Shown piece by piece: positions 48,776 to 60,781 of a DNA stretch of 64,000 nucleotides; position 1 is the stretch's first letter, and the number at the start of each line of letters is the position of its first letter. The stretch spans positions 14,882 through 78,881 of the forward strand of contig JAGXAQ010000005.1 of the NCBI GenBank assembly GCA_018971485.1, written 5' to 3'. The notes below the pieces were generated by a model that worked only from the letters and a program-made list of their open reading frames with translations, did no database searches and had not been told where the DNA came from. Source of the DNA: Pseudomonadota bacterium (GTDB lineage Bacteria > Pseudomonadota > Gammaproteobacteria > Burkholderiales > REEB80). The translations under genes were made by a program, and so were the position numbers.

Positions 48776-49162
48776 ATGGAAGTATTGCTCTGGGTAATTT
48801 ATGTGCTTGTTGCAGTGGCTATCATTGCCTTGATTCTGCTGCAGCATGGTAAGGGTGCGGATATGGGTGCGGCTTTTGGTAGTGGTGCGTCGGGAAGCGT
48901 ATTTGGGGCAGCAGGATCAGCCAATTTTCTCAGTCGTGCCACCTCAGTTCTGGCCGCCATTTTTTTTGCTATCAGCCTGACTCTGGCGTGGATGAGTGCC
49001 CATAAGCATCAACAGGCTTTGCAAGTGGTGCCAAGTAGTGCGCAGCCGGCGTCTTCAGTTCCAGGTCTATCCGGAAAGGCGTCGCAACAGGCAGCGCCTT
49101 CAGGGGCTGCTCAGGCTGGAAGCGCTGGTTCGGCTCCTGCTGCACAGGATATTCCCAAGTAA
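48776..49162 (+). CDS. secG: preprotein translocase subunit SecG
   Basis: LLQHGKGADMGAAFGSGASGSVFGA motif, with a Gln/Ala/Ser-rich tail. Confidence 0.9.
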   Translation: MEVLLWVIYVLVAVAIIALILLQHGKGADMGAAFGSGASGSVFGAAGSANFLSRATSVLAAIFFAISLTLAWMSAHKHQQALQVVPSSAQPASSVPGLSGKASQQAAPSGAAQAGSAGSAPAAQDIPK

Positions 49163-49225
49163 GCGGTTTTTGTCAGGATGTAAGGATTGGGCAGATCTGG
49201 TGTAGTTTGAAGCCAGGATATTTTG

Positions 49226-49310
49226 GCCGACGTGGTGGAATTGGTAGACACGCCGTCTTGAGGGGGCGGTGGCGCAAGCCGTATGAGTTCGAGTCTCATC
49301 GCCGGCACCA
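49226..49310 (+). tRNA. tRNA-Leu (anticodon GAG)
   Basis: 85-nt class-II tRNA with a long variable arm. Anticodon stem CCGTC/GGCGG, loop TTGAGGG, T-loop TTCGAGT, encoded CCA. One A5-C68 acceptor mismatch. Confidence 0.88.
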
Positions 49311-49393
49311 GCTTTTGTAGGTTAGGTATTGATGAATTCAGAGCCAGGCTGGCTCGAATTCAGGTGTTTTTTATCAGCTTCAAGGAAGAAATC

Positions 49394-49750
49394 ATGCTGG
49401 GACACTATTTTCCTGTACTTGTTTTTCTTGTTGTCGGTCTTGGTCTGGGTGGTGTGTTGATACTTGCAGGTAAAGTCATTGCACCCAATAAGCCTGATAG
49501 TGAGAAGCTTTCTCCTTATGAATGTGGATTTGAAGCATTTGAAGATGCGCGCATGAAATTTGATGTGCGTTACTATCTGGTTGCTATCTTGTTCATTCTT
49601 TTTGATCTGGAAATCGCTTTCCTGTTCCCGTGGGCTGTAATGCTGCATAAAATTGGCCTCTTTGGATTTCTTTCGATGCTGCTGTTCCTGGCTATTCTTG
49701 TGGTTGGTTTTATCTATGAATGGAAGAAGGGGGCACTCGAATGGGAATAG
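49394..49750 (+). CDS. nuoA: NADH-quinone oxidoreductase subunit A
   Basis: 118 aa from ATG 49394 (AAGGAAG Shine-Dalgarno). YECGFE and [12 protein letters not shown] motifs. Confidence 0.93.
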   Translation: MLGHYFPVLVFLVVGLGLGGVLILAGKVIAPNKPDSEKLSPYECGFEAFEDARMKFDVRYYLVAILFILFDLEIAFLFPWAVMLHKIGLFGFLSMLLFLAILVVGFIYEWKKGALEWE

Positions 49751-50217
49751 AAGGCGTTCTGGAAAAAGGATTTATTACTACGACTGCCGATAAGGTCATT
49801 AACTGGACTCGGACCGGCTCCATGTGGCCCATGACATTTGGATTGGCCTGCTGTGCTGTAGAAATGATGCACGCAGGGGCGTCGCGTTATGATCTGGATC
49901 GTTTCGGGGTGGTGTTCAGACCCAGCCCGCGTCAGTCAGATGTGATGATTGTTGCTGGAACTCTGGTTAACAAGATGGCTCCGGCACTTCGCAAGGTCTA
50001 CGATCAGATGGCTGAACCTCGCTGGGTGATTTCAATGGGATCCTGTGCGAATGGCGGAGGATATTATCACTATTCGTATTCGGTTGTTCGAGGCTGTGAT
50101 CGTATTGTTCCGGTAGATGTTTATGTTCCGGGTTGTCCTCCAACTGCTGAAGCTTTGCTGTACGGGATCATTCAGCTTCAGAAAAAGATTAAGCGAACCA
50201 ATACTATTGCTCGTTAA
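49741..50217 (+). CDS. nuoB: NADH-quinone oxidoreductase subunit B
   Basis: [20 protein letters not shown] and GCPPTAEAL motifs. Confidence 0.95.
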   Translation: MGIEGVLEKGFITTTADKVINWTRTGSMWPMTFGLACCAVEMMHAGASRYDLDRFGVVFRPSPRQSDVMIVAGTLVNKMAPALRKVYDQMAEPRWVISMGSCANGGGYYHYSYSVVRGCDRIVPVDVYVPGCPPTAEALLYGIIQLQKKIKRTNTIAR

Positions 50218-50231
50218 GGAGTTTGTGAACG

Positions 50232-50819
50232 ATGAATGTTGCATCGGATGCACTGTCTGCACGCCTTGAGACAACCTTGGGCAGCAAGGTTGCTGAGCTT
50301 GTAACCCATGTCGGTGAGTTGACGCTGGTGGTAAAGGTTGCAGACTGGATAGATGTGGCGCATTGCCTGCGGGATGTGCTGGGTTTTGAGCAGATGGTTG
50401 ATTTGTGTGGAGTTGATTACCAGGATTTCGGTGATGGGGCCTGGGAAGGCAACCGGTTTGCCGTGGTTCTGCATCTGCTTTCCATTTCACACAATCTCAG
50501 GCTCAGGGTCCGGACCTTTGCTGAAGATGATGATTTTCCAATCGTTCCATCTGTTGTTGAAGTGTGGCCTTCTGCGAACTGGTATGAACGAGAAGCTTTT
50601 GATCTGTATGGAATTTTATTTGATGGACACCCTGATTTGCGGCGCATTCTAACAGATTATGGTTTCGTTGGTCACCCTTTCCGTAAAGATTTTCCGCTGT
50701 CCGGGAATGTAGAGATGCGTTATGACCCGGAACAAGGAAGAGTGGTTTATCAGCCGGTCACGATTGATGAACGCGTGCTGGTACCGCGTGTGATCCGTGA
50801 GGAGACCTATCGTGGCTGA
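50232..50819 (+). CDS. nuoC: NADH-quinone oxidoreductase subunit C
   Basis: [26 protein letters not shown] motif. Confidence 0.95.
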   Translation: MNVASDALSARLETTLGSKVAELVTHVGELTLVVKVADWIDVAHCLRDVLGFEQMVDLCGVDYQDFGDGAWEGNRFAVVLHLLSISHNLRLRVRTFAEDDDFPIVPSVVEVWPSANWYEREAFDLYGILFDGHPDLRRILTDYGFVGHPFRKDFPLSGNVEMRYDPEQGRVVYQPVTIDERVLVPRVIREETYRG

Positions 50820-52065
50820 GATTCGTAATTACACCATGAATTTTGGGCCCCAGCATCCAGCGGCCCACGGCGTCTTGCGTCTTGTGCTGGAGCTGGATGG
50901 AGAAGTGATTGAACGAGCCGATCCCCATATCGGCCTGCTTCATCGGGCGACGGAAAAACTGGCCGAGTATAAGACTTATATTCAGTCGGTTCCGTATATG
51001 GATCGGCTAGATTATGTCTCCATGATGAGTAATGAACATGCCTATGTCATGGCCATTGAAAAACTGGTTGGCCTGGATGTGCCAATTCGGGCGCAGTATA
51101 TTCGCGTGATGTTTGATGAAATTACCCGGGTCATGAATCATCTGCTGTGGTTGGGAAGCCATGCTCTTGATATTGGTGCGATGACCGTTTTTCTGTATTG
51201 CTTCCGGGAACGTGAAGATCTGATGGATGTTTATGAGGCCGTTTCCGGTGCCCGGATGCATGCTGCCTACTATAGACCTGGCGGGGTTTACCGGGATTTG
51301 CCTGACAGCATGCCACAATATGTCGCCTCAAAGGTTCATAATGCGGGTGCAATTCATAGGATGAATGCAAATCGATCCGGGTCGCTGCTTGACTTCATTG
51401 AAGATTTTACGCGGCGTTTTCCAACCTATGTTGATGAATATGAAACGCTCCTGACTGATAACCGGATATGGAAGCAGCGTACGGTGGGAATAGGTGTGGT
51501 CTCCCCTGAGCGGGCTAAGGCATTGGGTTTTACAGGCCCCATGCTTCGTGGATCCGGCATAGAATGGGATTTGCGTAAGAAGCAGCCTTATGAAGTTTAC
51601 GCTGATCTGGATTTTGATATTCCGGTCGGGGTGAATGGTGACTGCTACGATAGGTATCTTGTCCGCGTTGAGGAAATGCGTCAAAGCAACCATATTATTC
51701 GCCAGTGTATTGACTGGCTCCGCCAGAATCCAGGCCCTGTTATCACCGATAACCACAAGTTTGCAGCTCCTGCCCGTATTGAACTGAAGGAAAATATGGA
51801 GGAGCTCATTCACCACTTCAAGCTCTTTACCGAGGGGTTCCATATTCCGGAAGGTGAGGCTTACGCTGCCGTGGAACATCCGAAGGGGGAGTTTGGAATC
51901 TATCTTGTTTCAGATGGGGCGAATATGCCTTACCGCCTAAAAATTCGCGCCCCGGGCTATGCCCATCTTGCGGCACTGGACGAAATGGTTCGTGGACATA
52001 TGATTGCTGATGTCGTGGCGATTATTGGAACGCAGGATATTGTTTTCGGGGAGATTGATCGATAA
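50812..52065 (+). CDS. nuoD: NADH-quinone oxidoreductase subunit D
   Basis: [26 protein letters not shown] start overlapping the nuoC stop. Confidence 0.95.
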   Translation: MAEIRNYTMNFGPQHPAAHGVLRLVLELDGEVIERADPHIGLLHRATEKLAEYKTYIQSVPYMDRLDYVSMMSNEHAYVMAIEKLVGLDVPIRAQYIRVMFDEITRVMNHLLWLGSHALDIGAMTVFLYCFREREDLMDVYEAVSGARMHAAYYRPGGVYRDLPDSMPQYVASKVHNAGAIHRMNANRSGSLLDFIEDFTRRFPTYVDEYETLLTDNRIWKQRTVGIGVVSPERAKALGFTGPMLRGSGIEWDLRKKQPYEVYADLDFDIPVGVNGDCYDRYLVRVEEMRQSNHIIRQCIDWLRQNPGPVITDNHKFAAPARIELKENMEELIHHFKLFTEGFHIPEGEAYAAVEHPKGEFGIYLVSDGANMPYRLKIRAPGYAHLAALDEMVRGHMIADVVAIIGTQDIVFGEIDR

Positions 52066-52538
52066 TGTTGAGTGAGCATGTAAAACAGCAAATTGATCGG
52101 GAAGTGGCTAAATATCCTGCCGACCAGAAGAAATCGGCAGTCATGGCAGCCCTTCGCCTGGTTCAGGAAGAAAAGAGCTGGCTGGATACACCGGATATGG
52201 ATGATGTGGCCGCTTATCTGGATATGCCTCCTGTTGCCGTATATGAAGTAGCCAGCTTTTACAACATGTATGATCTCAAGCCTGTTGGAAAATATAAAAT
52301 CACGTTATGCACAAATCTACCCTGTGCCTTGGGTGGTGCAGTGGAGACGGCCGAATATTTAAAGAAGCGTTTGGGCATTAATTTTGGCGAGACGACCCAT
52401 GATGGCCGTTTTACTCTCAAGGAAGGTGAATGTTTCGGGGCGTGTGGTGATGCGCCCTGTTTTATAGTGAACAACCGTAAGATGCATTCGCTTATGACTC
52501 CTGACGAGGTTGATAAATTCCTCGCGCAACTGGATTGA
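52065..52538 (+). CDS. nuoE: NADH-quinone oxidoreductase subunit E
   Basis: [2Fe-2S] pattern CTNLPC...CFGACGDAP. Confidence 0.95.
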   Translation: MLSEHVKQQIDREVAKYPADQKKSAVMAALRLVQEEKSWLDTPDMDDVAAYLDMPPVAVYEVASFYNMYDLKPVGKYKITLCTNLPCALGGAVETAEYLKKRLGINFGETTHDGRFTLKEGECFGACGDAPCFIVNNRKMHSLMTPDEVDKFLAQLD

Positions 52539-53809
52539 TGATTATGGCAAACGAGGTCATTCTTCATTCGCTTCATCTGGATGAGCCCTGGACACTTAAG
52601 ACCTATGAAAGTACCGGGGGATACGAGATGCTGCGCAAGATTCTTGCGGAAAAGATCCCACAGGAAAAGATTATTGCTGAAGTCAAGGAATCGGCATTGC
52701 GTGGCCGTGGAGGGGCAGGGTTCCCGACGGGACTGAAGTGGAGCTTCATGCCCAGAACCATGCCTACCCAACGATATGTGGTCTGCAATTCAGATGAAGG
52801 TGAGCCCGGTACTTTCAAGGATCGGGATATCCTTCGGTATAACCCGCATCAATTGATTGAGGGCATGGCCATATCAGCTTATGCCTTGGGCGCCAGTGTC
52901 GGATACAACTATATCCATGGGGAGATTCGTGAAGATTACGATCGATGCGAACAGGCCCTTCAGGAAGCTTATGATGCCGGATTGCTAGGGGATAATATTC
53001 TTGGCAGTGGGTTTTCTTTTCATCTCTACAATCATATGGGTTTTGGTGCTTATATCTGTGGGGAGGAGACGGCACTTATCGAATCAATCGAGGGCAAAAA
53101 AGGGCAGCCTCGCTTCAAGCCTCCTTTTTCAGCAAGTTATGGTCTGTTCGGTAAACCTACGAACGTAAATAATACTGAAACCTATGCCTGTATTCCCTGG
53201 ATTATGCGGCATGGGGGACGGGCGTTCCTGGAACTGGGTAAACCCAATAATGGTGGAACCAAGATTTTTTCTGTTTCAGGCCATGTCAACCGTCCGGGGA
53301 ACTATGAGGTTCCAATGGGCACGCCTTTTCCCGAACTGCTGGAGATGGCAGGGGGAATGCGTGGGGGCAGGAAATTCAAGGCCTGTATTCCTGGTGGATC
53401 GTCTGTGCCTGTTTTACCAGGGGATGTGATGATGTCCTGTACGCTTGATTATGATTCAGTTGCAAAAGCCGGATCCAGTCTTGGCGCGGGCTCGGTCATT
53501 ATCATGGATGACACCGTCTGTATGGTTCGTGCACTTGAAAGGTTGAGTTATTTTTATTTTGAGGAGTCCTGCGGGCAGTGTACTCCCTGTCGGGAAGGTA
53601 CAGGATGGCTATACCGGGTGATACACCGGATTGAGCATGGCCAAGGTAAGCCAGAAGATCTTGATCTTCTGGTCGACGTCAGTAAAAACATCAGCGGGCG
53701 CACGATATGTGGGCTGGGTGATGCTGCAGCGACGCCTGTGATGAGTTTTATTAAGCATTTCCGTGACGAATTCGAGTACCATATTGCGCATGGAAAGTGT
53801 ATGGTCTGA
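52538..53809 (+). CDS. nuoF: NADH-quinone oxidoreductase subunit F
   Basis: [13 protein letters not shown] (FMN/NADH site) and [17 protein letters not shown] overlap with nuoE. Confidence 0.95.
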   Translation: MIMANEVILHSLHLDEPWTLKTYESTGGYEMLRKILAEKIPQEKIIAEVKESALRGRGGAGFPTGLKWSFMPRTMPTQRYVVCNSDEGEPGTFKDRDILRYNPHQLIEGMAISAYALGASVGYNYIHGEIREDYDRCEQALQEAYDAGLLGDNILGSGFSFHLYNHMGFGAYICGEETALIESIEGKKGQPRFKPPFSASYGLFGKPTNVNNTETYACIPWIMRHGGRAFLELGKPNNGGTKIFSVSGHVNRPGNYEVPMGTPFPELLEMAGGMRGGRKFKACIPGGSSVPVLPGDVMMSCTLDYDSVAKAGSSLGAGSVIIMDDTVCMVRALERLSYFYFEESCGQCTPCREGTGWLYRVIHRIEHGQGKPEDLDLLVDVSKNISGRTICGLGDAAATPVMSFIKHFRDEFEYHIAHGKCMV

Positions 53810-53850
53810 AGCAAGGCAAGGAAAGGATGCGCGTATAGCGCTGTAAAAAT

Positions 53851-56238
53851 ATGGCCCATATTGAGATAAACGGAAACAAGCTGGAAGTAGAGGATGGAAG
53901 CAGCATCATTGATGCGGCAGATGCACTGGGTATTTACATTCCTCGCTTTTGTTACCATAAAAAACTGTCAGTTGCAGCGAACTGCCGCATGTGTCTTGTT
54001 GAGATTGAAAACAACAAGAAGCCCATGCCAGCCTGTGCTACGCCAGTTCTGGATGGCATGAAGGTTACGACTCAGTCACGGGTTGCCGTTAAGGCTCAGC
54101 AGGGTGTGATGGAGTTTTTACTGATTAACCATCCGCTCGACTGCCCGATATGTGACCAGGGCGGAGAGTGCGAGCTTCAGGATCTTGCTGTTGGCTATGG
54201 TGCTCCTGCGTCCCGGTACAGTGAAGCTAAAAGAGTGGTGGTGAACAAGAATCTCGGGTCACTGATTTCAACCGATATGACCCGCTGTATCCATTGCACG
54301 CGTTGTGTGCGTTTTGGTGAGGAAATCGGCGGGATCATGGAGTTGGGGATGACTGGTCGTGGTGAGCATGCTGAAATTGGCACGTATGTTCAAAAAGCCG
54401 TTGGATCCGAGTTGTCCGGAAACATGATTGACCTGTGCCCGGTAGGGGCCCTGACCAATAAGCCTTTCCGCTACAGCGCCCGTACATGGGAGTTGCTCAG
54501 GCGGCCAGGAGTTTCTCCGCATGATGCCCTGGGTTCGAATCTGACCCTGCATGTCAAGCAGAACCAGGTGATGCGGGTGCTGCCCCGTGAAAATGAATCT
54601 GTTAATGAATGCTGGATTTCTGACCGGGACCGTTATGGGTATGAAGGCCTGAACAGTGATGACCGGCTAAAATCGCCCATGATTCGCCAGGATGGAAAAT
54701 GGAAGGTGGTTGATTGGTCAGAGGCGTTAGAGTACGTGGTTCATGGTCTCAAGGACATCCGCGACATCCATGGTCCCGATTCAATCGGCATGCTGGTTTC
54801 ACAACAGTCGACGTTAGAAGAGGCTTATCTTGCCCAGAAATTTGTGCGAGGACTTGGAACATCGAATATTGATTCGAGGCTTCGCCAGAGTGATTTCAGT
54901 CTGGACGGACACGAGTCTGGCATTACCTGGCTTGGAATGCCCGTTGAGGAAGTGGGCTCGCTTGATGCAATCTTGCTGGTAGGAGCCTTGATTCGCCGCG
55001 AACAGCCTTTGTTTGCCCATCGTATCAGGGATGTGGTCAAGGCTGGCGGAAAACTGATGCAGGTTACCGCAATTGACGAGGATCACCTTGTACCGCTTCA
55101 TGCGTCGTATGTCGTGTCACCTGCGCACCTGGTCCATGCTCTGGCTGAAGTGGCGCTGGCCCTTTCAGAGACTCAGAATGTGCCGCTTGATTCAGCGATC
55201 CAGTCCCGGTTGTCGGGTATCAAGGCAGGCAAAGAAGCCCGGGCGATTGTTCAGGGTCTTGTTTCGGGTAAACGCCAGGCCATCCTGTTAGGAGGTCTTG
55301 CAATCACCCATCCAGCGTATGCCACCTTGCGGGCCTTGGCACAGGACATTTCGAGACTGAGCGGGGCTAGACTTGGGATATTGCCTGTTGGAGCCAATTC
55401 AGTCGGTTGTGAGATAGCTGGCGCCATACCTCATCATGGCCCTCTCGCAACGGCGGTCAGTGCTGGCATGAATGCCTTGCAGATGCTTGATAGCCACCTG
55501 CGAGCCTACATTCTTCTGCATGCCGAGCCCGGGCTGGATTTTGCCGATGCGGGTCTGGCGATGCATGCTTTTTCTTCAGCTGACATGGTCGTAAGACTTA
55601 CCTCTTATGTCCCTGGCGAAGATGATCCCGCTGATGTTGTTTTACCCGTATCTCCGTTTTCTGAGACATCGGGTGCTTTTGTCAATATGGCAGGCCAGCT
55701 GCAGTGTTTTAACGCGGTTGTTAAGCCGTTTTCCGAAACCCGTCCTGCATGGAAGGTTTTAAGGGTTCTGGGTAATTTGTTTGATCTGGATGGATTTGAT
55801 TTTGATTCCAGTGAAGCCATCCGGCATGAAATGGCTGAGAATGAATGGCAACGTGATCTTATTTTAAATAATAAAATCAGCGCATTACAAAAATTAGATC
55901 TAGAAGACTCAAAAAAAGATGCCTTGATTCGTATAGCAGATGTGCCGATGTATGCAACAGATGCCATTATTCGTCGTGCCACTTCCTTGCAAAAAACACC
56001 CGAAGCCAAAAGGGCAAACCTTGCATGGATGAATGCAAAAACCGCTTCATCCTTGTCGCTGAAAGCGGGCGACACCGCCTTGTTTCAACAAAAAGATGGG
56101 ACGGCCCGATTAATGATAGGTATTGATGAAGGCATTCCGACGGGGTGTGTCCGGGTAGCGCAGGCGCTTGAATCTACCTTGGCACTGCATGATCCGTTTG
56201 GAGAAATTGTGGTGAGCAAACATGAAGAACAACACTAA
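53851..56238 (+). CDS. nuoG: NADH-quinone oxidoreductase subunit G
   Basis: CRMCLVEIE, HPLDCPICDQGGEC and CIHCTRCVRF Fe-S motifs. 795 aa. Confidence 0.95.
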   Translation: MAHIEINGNKLEVEDGSSIIDAADALGIYIPRFCYHKKLSVAANCRMCLVEIENNKKPMPACATPVLDGMKVTTQSRVAVKAQQGVMEFLLINHPLDCPICDQGGECELQDLAVGYGAPASRYSEAKRVVVNKNLGSLISTDMTRCIHCTRCVRFGEEIGGIMELGMTGRGEHAEIGTYVQKAVGSELSGNMIDLCPVGALTNKPFRYSARTWELLRRPGVSPHDALGSNLTLHVKQNQVMRVLPRENESVNECWISDRDRYGYEGLNSDDRLKSPMIRQDGKWKVVDWSEALEYVVHGLKDIRDIHGPDSIGMLVSQQSTLEEAYLAQKFVRGLGTSNIDSRLRQSDFSLDGHESGITWLGMPVEEVGSLDAILLVGALIRREQPLFAHRIRDVVKAGGKLMQVTAIDEDHLVPLHASYVVSPAHLVHALAEVALALSETQNVPLDSAIQSRLSGIKAGKEARAIVQGLVSGKRQAILLGGLAITHPAYATLRALAQDISRLSGARLGILPVGANSVGCEIAGAIPHHGPLATAVSAGMNALQMLDSHLRAYILLHAEPGLDFADAGLAMHAFSSADMVVRLTSYVPGEDDPADVVLPVSPFSETSGAFVNMAGQLQCFNAVVKPFSETRPAWKVLRVLGNLFDLDGFDFDSSEAIRHEMAENEWQRDLILNNKISALQKLDLEDSKKDALIRIADVPMYATDAIIRRATSLQKTPEAKRANLAWMNAKTASSLSLKAGDTALFQQKDGTARLMIGIDEGIPTGCVRVAQALESTLALHDPFGEIVVSKHEEQH

Positions 56239-56260
56239 TATTTTGAGATAGGCCAGATAG

Positions 56261-57289
56261 ATGACGTCATTACAGGAACTTTTGGGATCCGCATATTTGC
56301 CCATATGGACATTGCTCAAGATTATAGCCATTCTCCTGCCGCTGATTCTTTGTGTGGCTTATCTGACTTTGGCAGAGCGCAAGGTGATTGGTTACATGCA
56401 ACTGAGGATTGGACCCAATCGGGTGGGACCTAAAGGGTTGTTACAACCTTTTGCCGATGTGTTAAAGTTGTTGACCAAGGAAATTATCATTCCAACAGGA
56501 TCCAACCGTTTCTTGTTTGTTCTGGCTCCGATTCTGTCCATTGCCCCGGCATTTGTTGCCTGGGCTGTCGTTCCCTTTTCTCCGGGGCTTGTTCTGGCAA
56601 ATGTGAATGCCGGGCTGCTTTTTATCATGGCCATTACCTCAATGGGGGTTTATGGGGTCATTATTGCTGGCTGGGCTTCCAATTCCAAGTACGCCTTCTT
56701 GGGGAGCCTGCGTTCGGCTGCGCAGATAGTGTCCTATGAGATCGCTATGGGGTTTGCTCTTGTGGGTGTCCTGATGGCAGCAGGTTCCTTGAATCTCATT
56801 GATATTGTCCATGGCCAGCAGGGGGGAATCCTCCATTGGTACTGGTTACCTCTTTTTCCGATGTTTCTTGTTTACTTTATTGCCGGTGTGGCTGAGACTA
56901 ACCGTGCCCCGTTTGATGTGGCTGAGGGAGAATCCGAGATTGTCGCCGGGTTCCACGTTGAATATTCCGGAATGGCATTTGCAGTCTTTTTCCTGGCGGA
57001 ATATGCCAACATGATTCTGGTATCGACGCTTGTAGCTATCATGTTTCTCGGAGGATGGCAGGCCCCGTTTGGTGTGGCACCCTTTACCTATTTGCCCCCC
57101 CTGTTCTGGCTGATAGCTAAGGTTGCTGTTGTCTTGTTCATGTTTTTGTGGTTACGTGCCACTTTTCCCCGATATCGATATGATCAAATCATGCGTCTGG
57201 GCTGGAAAGTTTTTATCCCGGTAACCTTGGTATGGCTTGTAGTTATCGGTGCGGTGATGCAAACCCGTTTTAGCTTTCTCATTCACTAG
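56261..57289 (+). CDS. nuoH: NADH-quinone oxidoreductase subunit H
   Basis: [21 protein letters not shown] and [15 protein letters not shown] motifs. Confidence 0.95.
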   Translation: MTSLQELLGSAYLPIWTLLKIIAILLPLILCVAYLTLAERKVIGYMQLRIGPNRVGPKGLLQPFADVLKLLTKEIIIPTGSNRFLFVLAPILSIAPAFVAWAVVPFSPGLVLANVNAGLLFIMAITSMGVYGVIIAGWASNSKYAFLGSLRSAAQIVSYEIAMGFALVGVLMAAGSLNLIDIVHGQQGGILHWYWLPLFPMFLVYFIAGVAETNRAPFDVAEGESEIVAGFHVEYSGMAFAVFFLAEYANMILVSTLVAIMFLGGWQAPFGVAPFTYLPPLFWLIAKVAVVLFMFLWLRATFPRYRYDQIMRLGWKVFIPVTLVWLVVIGAVMQTRFSFLIH

Positions 57290-57309
57290 GACGGGTAAGG
57301 AGTCTAGTT

Positions 57310-57798
57310 ATGAAGCGAATCAAGTCAATGATTAATAGTTGGTTTCTGATTGAAATGCTCAAAGGTCTTGCGCTGACCGGGCGTTACTTTTTTTCACGAA
57401 AGATTACGGTGCAGTTTCCTGAAGAAAGGACTCCTTTATCTCCAAGGTTTAGAGGGCTGCATGCCCTTAGACGCTACCCAAATGGTGAGGAACGGTGTAT
57501 TGCATGCAAGCTTTGTGAAGCTGTCTGCCCTGCCATGGCTATCACGATAGAATCAGAACAGCGCGAGGATGGAACACGCCGTACGACCCGCTATGATATT
57601 GATTTAAGCAAATGCATCTTTTGTGGTTTCTGTGAGGAATCCTGTCCTGTGGATTCAATTGTAGAAACAAATATTCTGGATTATCACGCTGAGACACATG
57701 AGGGACTGTATTATACGAAGCCGATGCTGCTTGCTGTCGGAGATAAATATGAAGCGCAGATTGCTCGTGACCGGGCTAAAGATGCGCCGTACCGTTAA
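57310..57798 (+). CDS. nuoI: NADH-quinone oxidoreductase subunit I
   Basis: Two 4Fe-4S motifs, [12 protein letters not shown] and [12 protein letters not shown]. Confidence 0.95.
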   Translation: MKRIKSMINSWFLIEMLKGLALTGRYFFSRKITVQFPEERTPLSPRFRGLHALRRYPNGEERCIACKLCEAVCPAMAITIESEQREDGTRRTTRYDIDLSKCIFCGFCEESCPVDSIVETNILDYHAETHEGLYYTKPMLLAVGDKYEAQIARDRAKDAPYR

Positions 57799-57816
57799 CT
57801 GGCTGAAGATGAAACC

Positions 57817-58443
57817 ATGACATTTGAGACTGGCGTATTTTATTTCTTTTCCACAATATTGCTGTTATCAGCCATCGCTGTAATTACCATCCGAAACCCG
57901 GTTCAGGCTGCGTTGTTTCTTGTGCTCTCATTTTTTACCGCTTCGGCTATATGGATGCTGCTTGAAGCAGAATTTTTGGCCATTACCCTTGTGCTTGTTT
58001 ATGTCGGTGCAGTCATGGTTCTTTTCCTTTTTGTTGTGATGATGCTGGATATCAACTTGGTTCGGCTACGAGAAGGGTTCTGGCGGTACCTGCCTTTAGG
58101 AGGGCTGATTGCCCTGCTGCTGGTTATTGAAATGGCCTTGGTACTGGGTGCGCGTAATTTTGGGCTGTCACATTTTGCTTTGCCAGGCGGGCATGGTGCA
58201 GGATACTCCAATACCGCAGCGCTTGGCATGCAGCTTTATACGACCTATGTGTATCCTTTTGAAGTGGCCGCCGTAATTTTGCTGGTGGCAATTGTTGCTG
58301 CCATTGCTTTGACCATGCGCCGAAGAAAGGGGACAAAATATCAAAACCCCAGTTCACAGATTAGTGTCCAGCGGGCATCAAGGGTTCGCCTTGTCAAGAT
58401 GGAGTCTGAAAAGCCCTCTGTTGCAGCTGATGTGAAAGGATAA
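57817..58443 (+). CDS. nuoJ: NADH-quinone oxidoreductase subunit J
   Basis: 208-aa hydrophobic ORF at the conserved operon position. VYVGAVMVLFLFVVMML motif. Confidence 0.9.
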   Translation: MTFETGVFYFFSTILLLSAIAVITIRNPVQAALFLVLSFFTASAIWMLLEAEFLAITLVLVYVGAVMVLFLFVVMMLDINLVRLREGFWRYLPLGGLIALLLVIEMALVLGARNFGLSHFALPGGHGAGYSNTAALGMQLYTTYVYPFEVAAVILLVAIVAAIALTMRRRKGTKYQNPSSQISVQRASRVRLVKMESEKPSVAADVKG

Positions 58444-58446
58444 AAA

Positions 58447-58749
58447 ATGCCGCTGTCCAATTATCTCATTCTAGGCGCCCTGTTATTTTCCATTAGCGTG
58501 ATTGGTATTTTCCTGAACCGGAAAAATGTCATCATCCTGTTGATGGCCATTGAGCTCATGCTGCTGGCTGTCAATATTAACTTCATTGCGTTTTCCCGCT
58601 ATCTGGGAGATATCTCCGGGCAGATTTTTGTTTTTTTCATTCTTACGGTAGCCGCAGCAGAATCTGCAATCGGACTTGCCATACTGGTAGTCTTGTTCCG
58701 GAACCTCAAAACCATCAACGTGGATGATCTTGATAACCTGAAGGGCTGA
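58447..58749 (+). CDS. nuoK: NADH-quinone oxidoreductase subunit K
   Basis: 100 aa with 3 TM segments. [12 protein letters not shown] and [13 protein letters not shown] motifs. Confidence 0.93.
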   Translation: MPLSNYLILGALLFSISVIGIFLNRKNVIILLMAIELMLLAVNINFIAFSRYLGDISGQIFVFFILTVAAAESAIGLAILVVLFRNLKTINVDDLDNLKG

Positions 58750-58780
58750 TAAATAATCCGGCACTGCCGGCATAGGGATA

Positions 58781-60748
58781 ATGGTAGCCAACATGATTGA
58801 TATGCAGAACCTTTATTTGCTGGTGCCCCTGGCACCTTTGGCCGGATCGATTCTGGCCGGATTTCTGGGCCGCGTGATAGGCCGGACGGGAAGCCATCTT
58901 GTCACCATTCTGGGTGTAGCGCTTTCCTTTGCAGCTTCAGTTGCGATATTAAATGATGTCATGCATGGGCATACATTTAATGGCACGGTGTATCAGTGGA
59001 TGCAAATTGGCAGCCTGAAGATGCAGGTTGGGTTCCTGATTGATCCGCTGTCAGCCATGATGATGGTTGTGGTGACGTTTGTTTCGCTTATGGTGCATAT
59101 TTATACCATTGGTTACATGGCTGATGATCCAGGCTACCAGCGTTTTTTCTGCTATATTTCCCTGTTTACTTTTTCCATGCTGATGCTGGTGATGAGCAAC
59201 AATTTCATGCAGCTGTTTTTTGGATGGGAAGCTGTAGGGCTTGTCTCGTACCTGTTGATAGGATTCTGGTTTACAAAACCAACAGCCATTTATGCCAACC
59301 TGAAAGCTTTTCTGGTGAACCGGGTAGGGGATTTCGGGTTCATTCTCGGTATTGGCCTGATTTTAGCCACTTTTCATAGTCTTGATTATTCCCAGGTATT
59401 CGGGCAGGCCCAGAATATGGCTTCGGCTTCCATCTCGTTGATACCAGGGGATCCATGGAAAGTCATGTCGCTAATCTGTATCTTGCTTTTTGTGGGAGCC
59501 ATGGGTAAATCAGCCCAGTTTCCTTTGCATGTCTGGTTGCCTGATTCCATGGAAGGTCCTACTCCTATTTCTGCACTGATTCATGCAGCAACGATGGTGA
59601 CAGCCGGAATTTTTATGGTTGCCAGAATGTCTCCGTTATTTGAGTTGTCTCAAACGGCTCGATCCGTGGTGCTGGTTATTGGAGGAATCACGGCCTTGTT
59701 TATGGCCTTTCTGGGCGTGGTTCAGTTCGATATTAAACGCGTTATTGCCTATTCAACCCTGTCCCAGCTGGGTTACATGACAGTTGCACTGGGTGCTTCA
59801 GCCTATCCTGTAGCCATTTTCCATCTGATGACGCATGCCTTTTTTAAGGCCCTGCTGTTTTTGGCCGCAGGTTCGGTTATTATCGCCATGCATCATGAGC
59901 AGGACATGAGAAAAATGGGCGGATTGAAAAAATACATGCCTATTACGTACTGGACGTGTGTTGTAGGGTCTCTGGCGCTGTGTGGAATTCCTCCTTTTGC
60001 CGGATTTTTTTCCAAAGACGCGATTATTGAAGCGGCCTCCCTGTCAACCATTCCTGGAGCAGGCTTTGCCCATTTTGCGGTACTGGCCGGGGTATTTGTT
60101 ACAGCCTTGTATACCTTCAGGATGCTGTTTATGACGTTCCATGGTAAAGAGCGTATGGATCATCATACCCGGGAGCATTTGCATGAATCACCCTGGGTGG
60201 TAACACTGCCATTGGTATTACTGGCTATTCCCAGCGTCCTGGCCGGATTCATGTTCATTCGACCCATGTTGTTTGGATCTTTTTTTGGGAGCTCAATTTA
60301 CATTGCTCCTGCAAATAATGTGCTTGCGCAGATGGGATCCCATTTTGAGGGAATCGGGCCTTTTATCCTGGAAGGGGTCAGCGCTCCTCCATTCTGGATA
60401 GCCCTGGCTGGAATTTTAACGGCTTGGTATCTTTATATGGTCAATACCCGCCTTCCTGAAGTCATCCGTCAAAAATCGGGATGGATTTATACCGTCCTGG
60501 ATCATAAATACGGTTTTGATGAATTCAATGACTGGTTTTTCGCAGGGGGTGCACGTCGGTTCGGCCGGGGTCTATGGAAGTTTGGTGATGTCACGGTGAT
60601 CGATGGATTCTTTGTAAATGGTGCGGCACGTGTGGTGGCCCTGTGTTCCCGTGTGATGCGTCTGGTTCAGTCCGGATACATTTATCACTATGCGTTTGCA
60701 ATGATAATTGGAGTGTTTGCGCTCATTAGCTGGTTTGTTCACGGCTGA
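58781..60748 (+). CDS. nuoL: NADH-quinone oxidoreductase subunit L
   Basis: Antiporter-like subunit with FFGWEAVGLVSYLLIGFW and AMGKSAQFPLHVWLPDSMEGPTPISALIHAATMV motifs. In-frame ATGs at 58793 and 58802 are alternative starts. Confidence 0.93.
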   Translation: MVANMIDMQNLYLLVPLAPLAGSILAGFLGRVIGRTGSHLVTILGVALSFAASVAILNDVMHGHTFNGTVYQWMQIGSLKMQVGFLIDPLSAMMMVVVTFVSLMVHIYTIGYMADDPGYQRFFCYISLFTFSMLMLVMSNNFMQLFFGWEAVGLVSYLLIGFWFTKPTAIYANLKAFLVNRVGDFGFILGIGLILATFHSLDYSQVFGQAQNMASASISLIPGDPWKVMSLICILLFVGAMGKSAQFPLHVWLPDSMEGPTPISALIHAATMVTAGIFMVARMSPLFELSQTARSVVLVIGGITALFMAFLGVVQFDIKRVIAYSTLSQLGYMTVALGASAYPVAIFHLMTHAFFKALLFLAAGSVIIAMHHEQDMRKMGGLKKYMPITYWTCVVGSLALCGIPPFAGFFSKDAIIEAASLSTIPGAGFAHFAVLAGVFVTALYTFRMLFMTFHGKERMDHHTREHLHESPWVVTLPLVLLAIPSVLAGFMFIRPMLFGSFFGSSIYIAPANNVLAQMGSHFEGIGPFILEGVSAPPFWIALAGILTAWYLYMVNTRLPEVIRQKSGWIYTVLDHKYGFDEFNDWFFAGGARRFGRGLWKFGDVTVIDGFFVNGAARVVALCSRVMRLVQSGYIYHYAFAMIIGVFALISWFVHG

Positions 60749-60781
60749 TGCGGGTTTGATAATTGATAATAAAATTCTGGG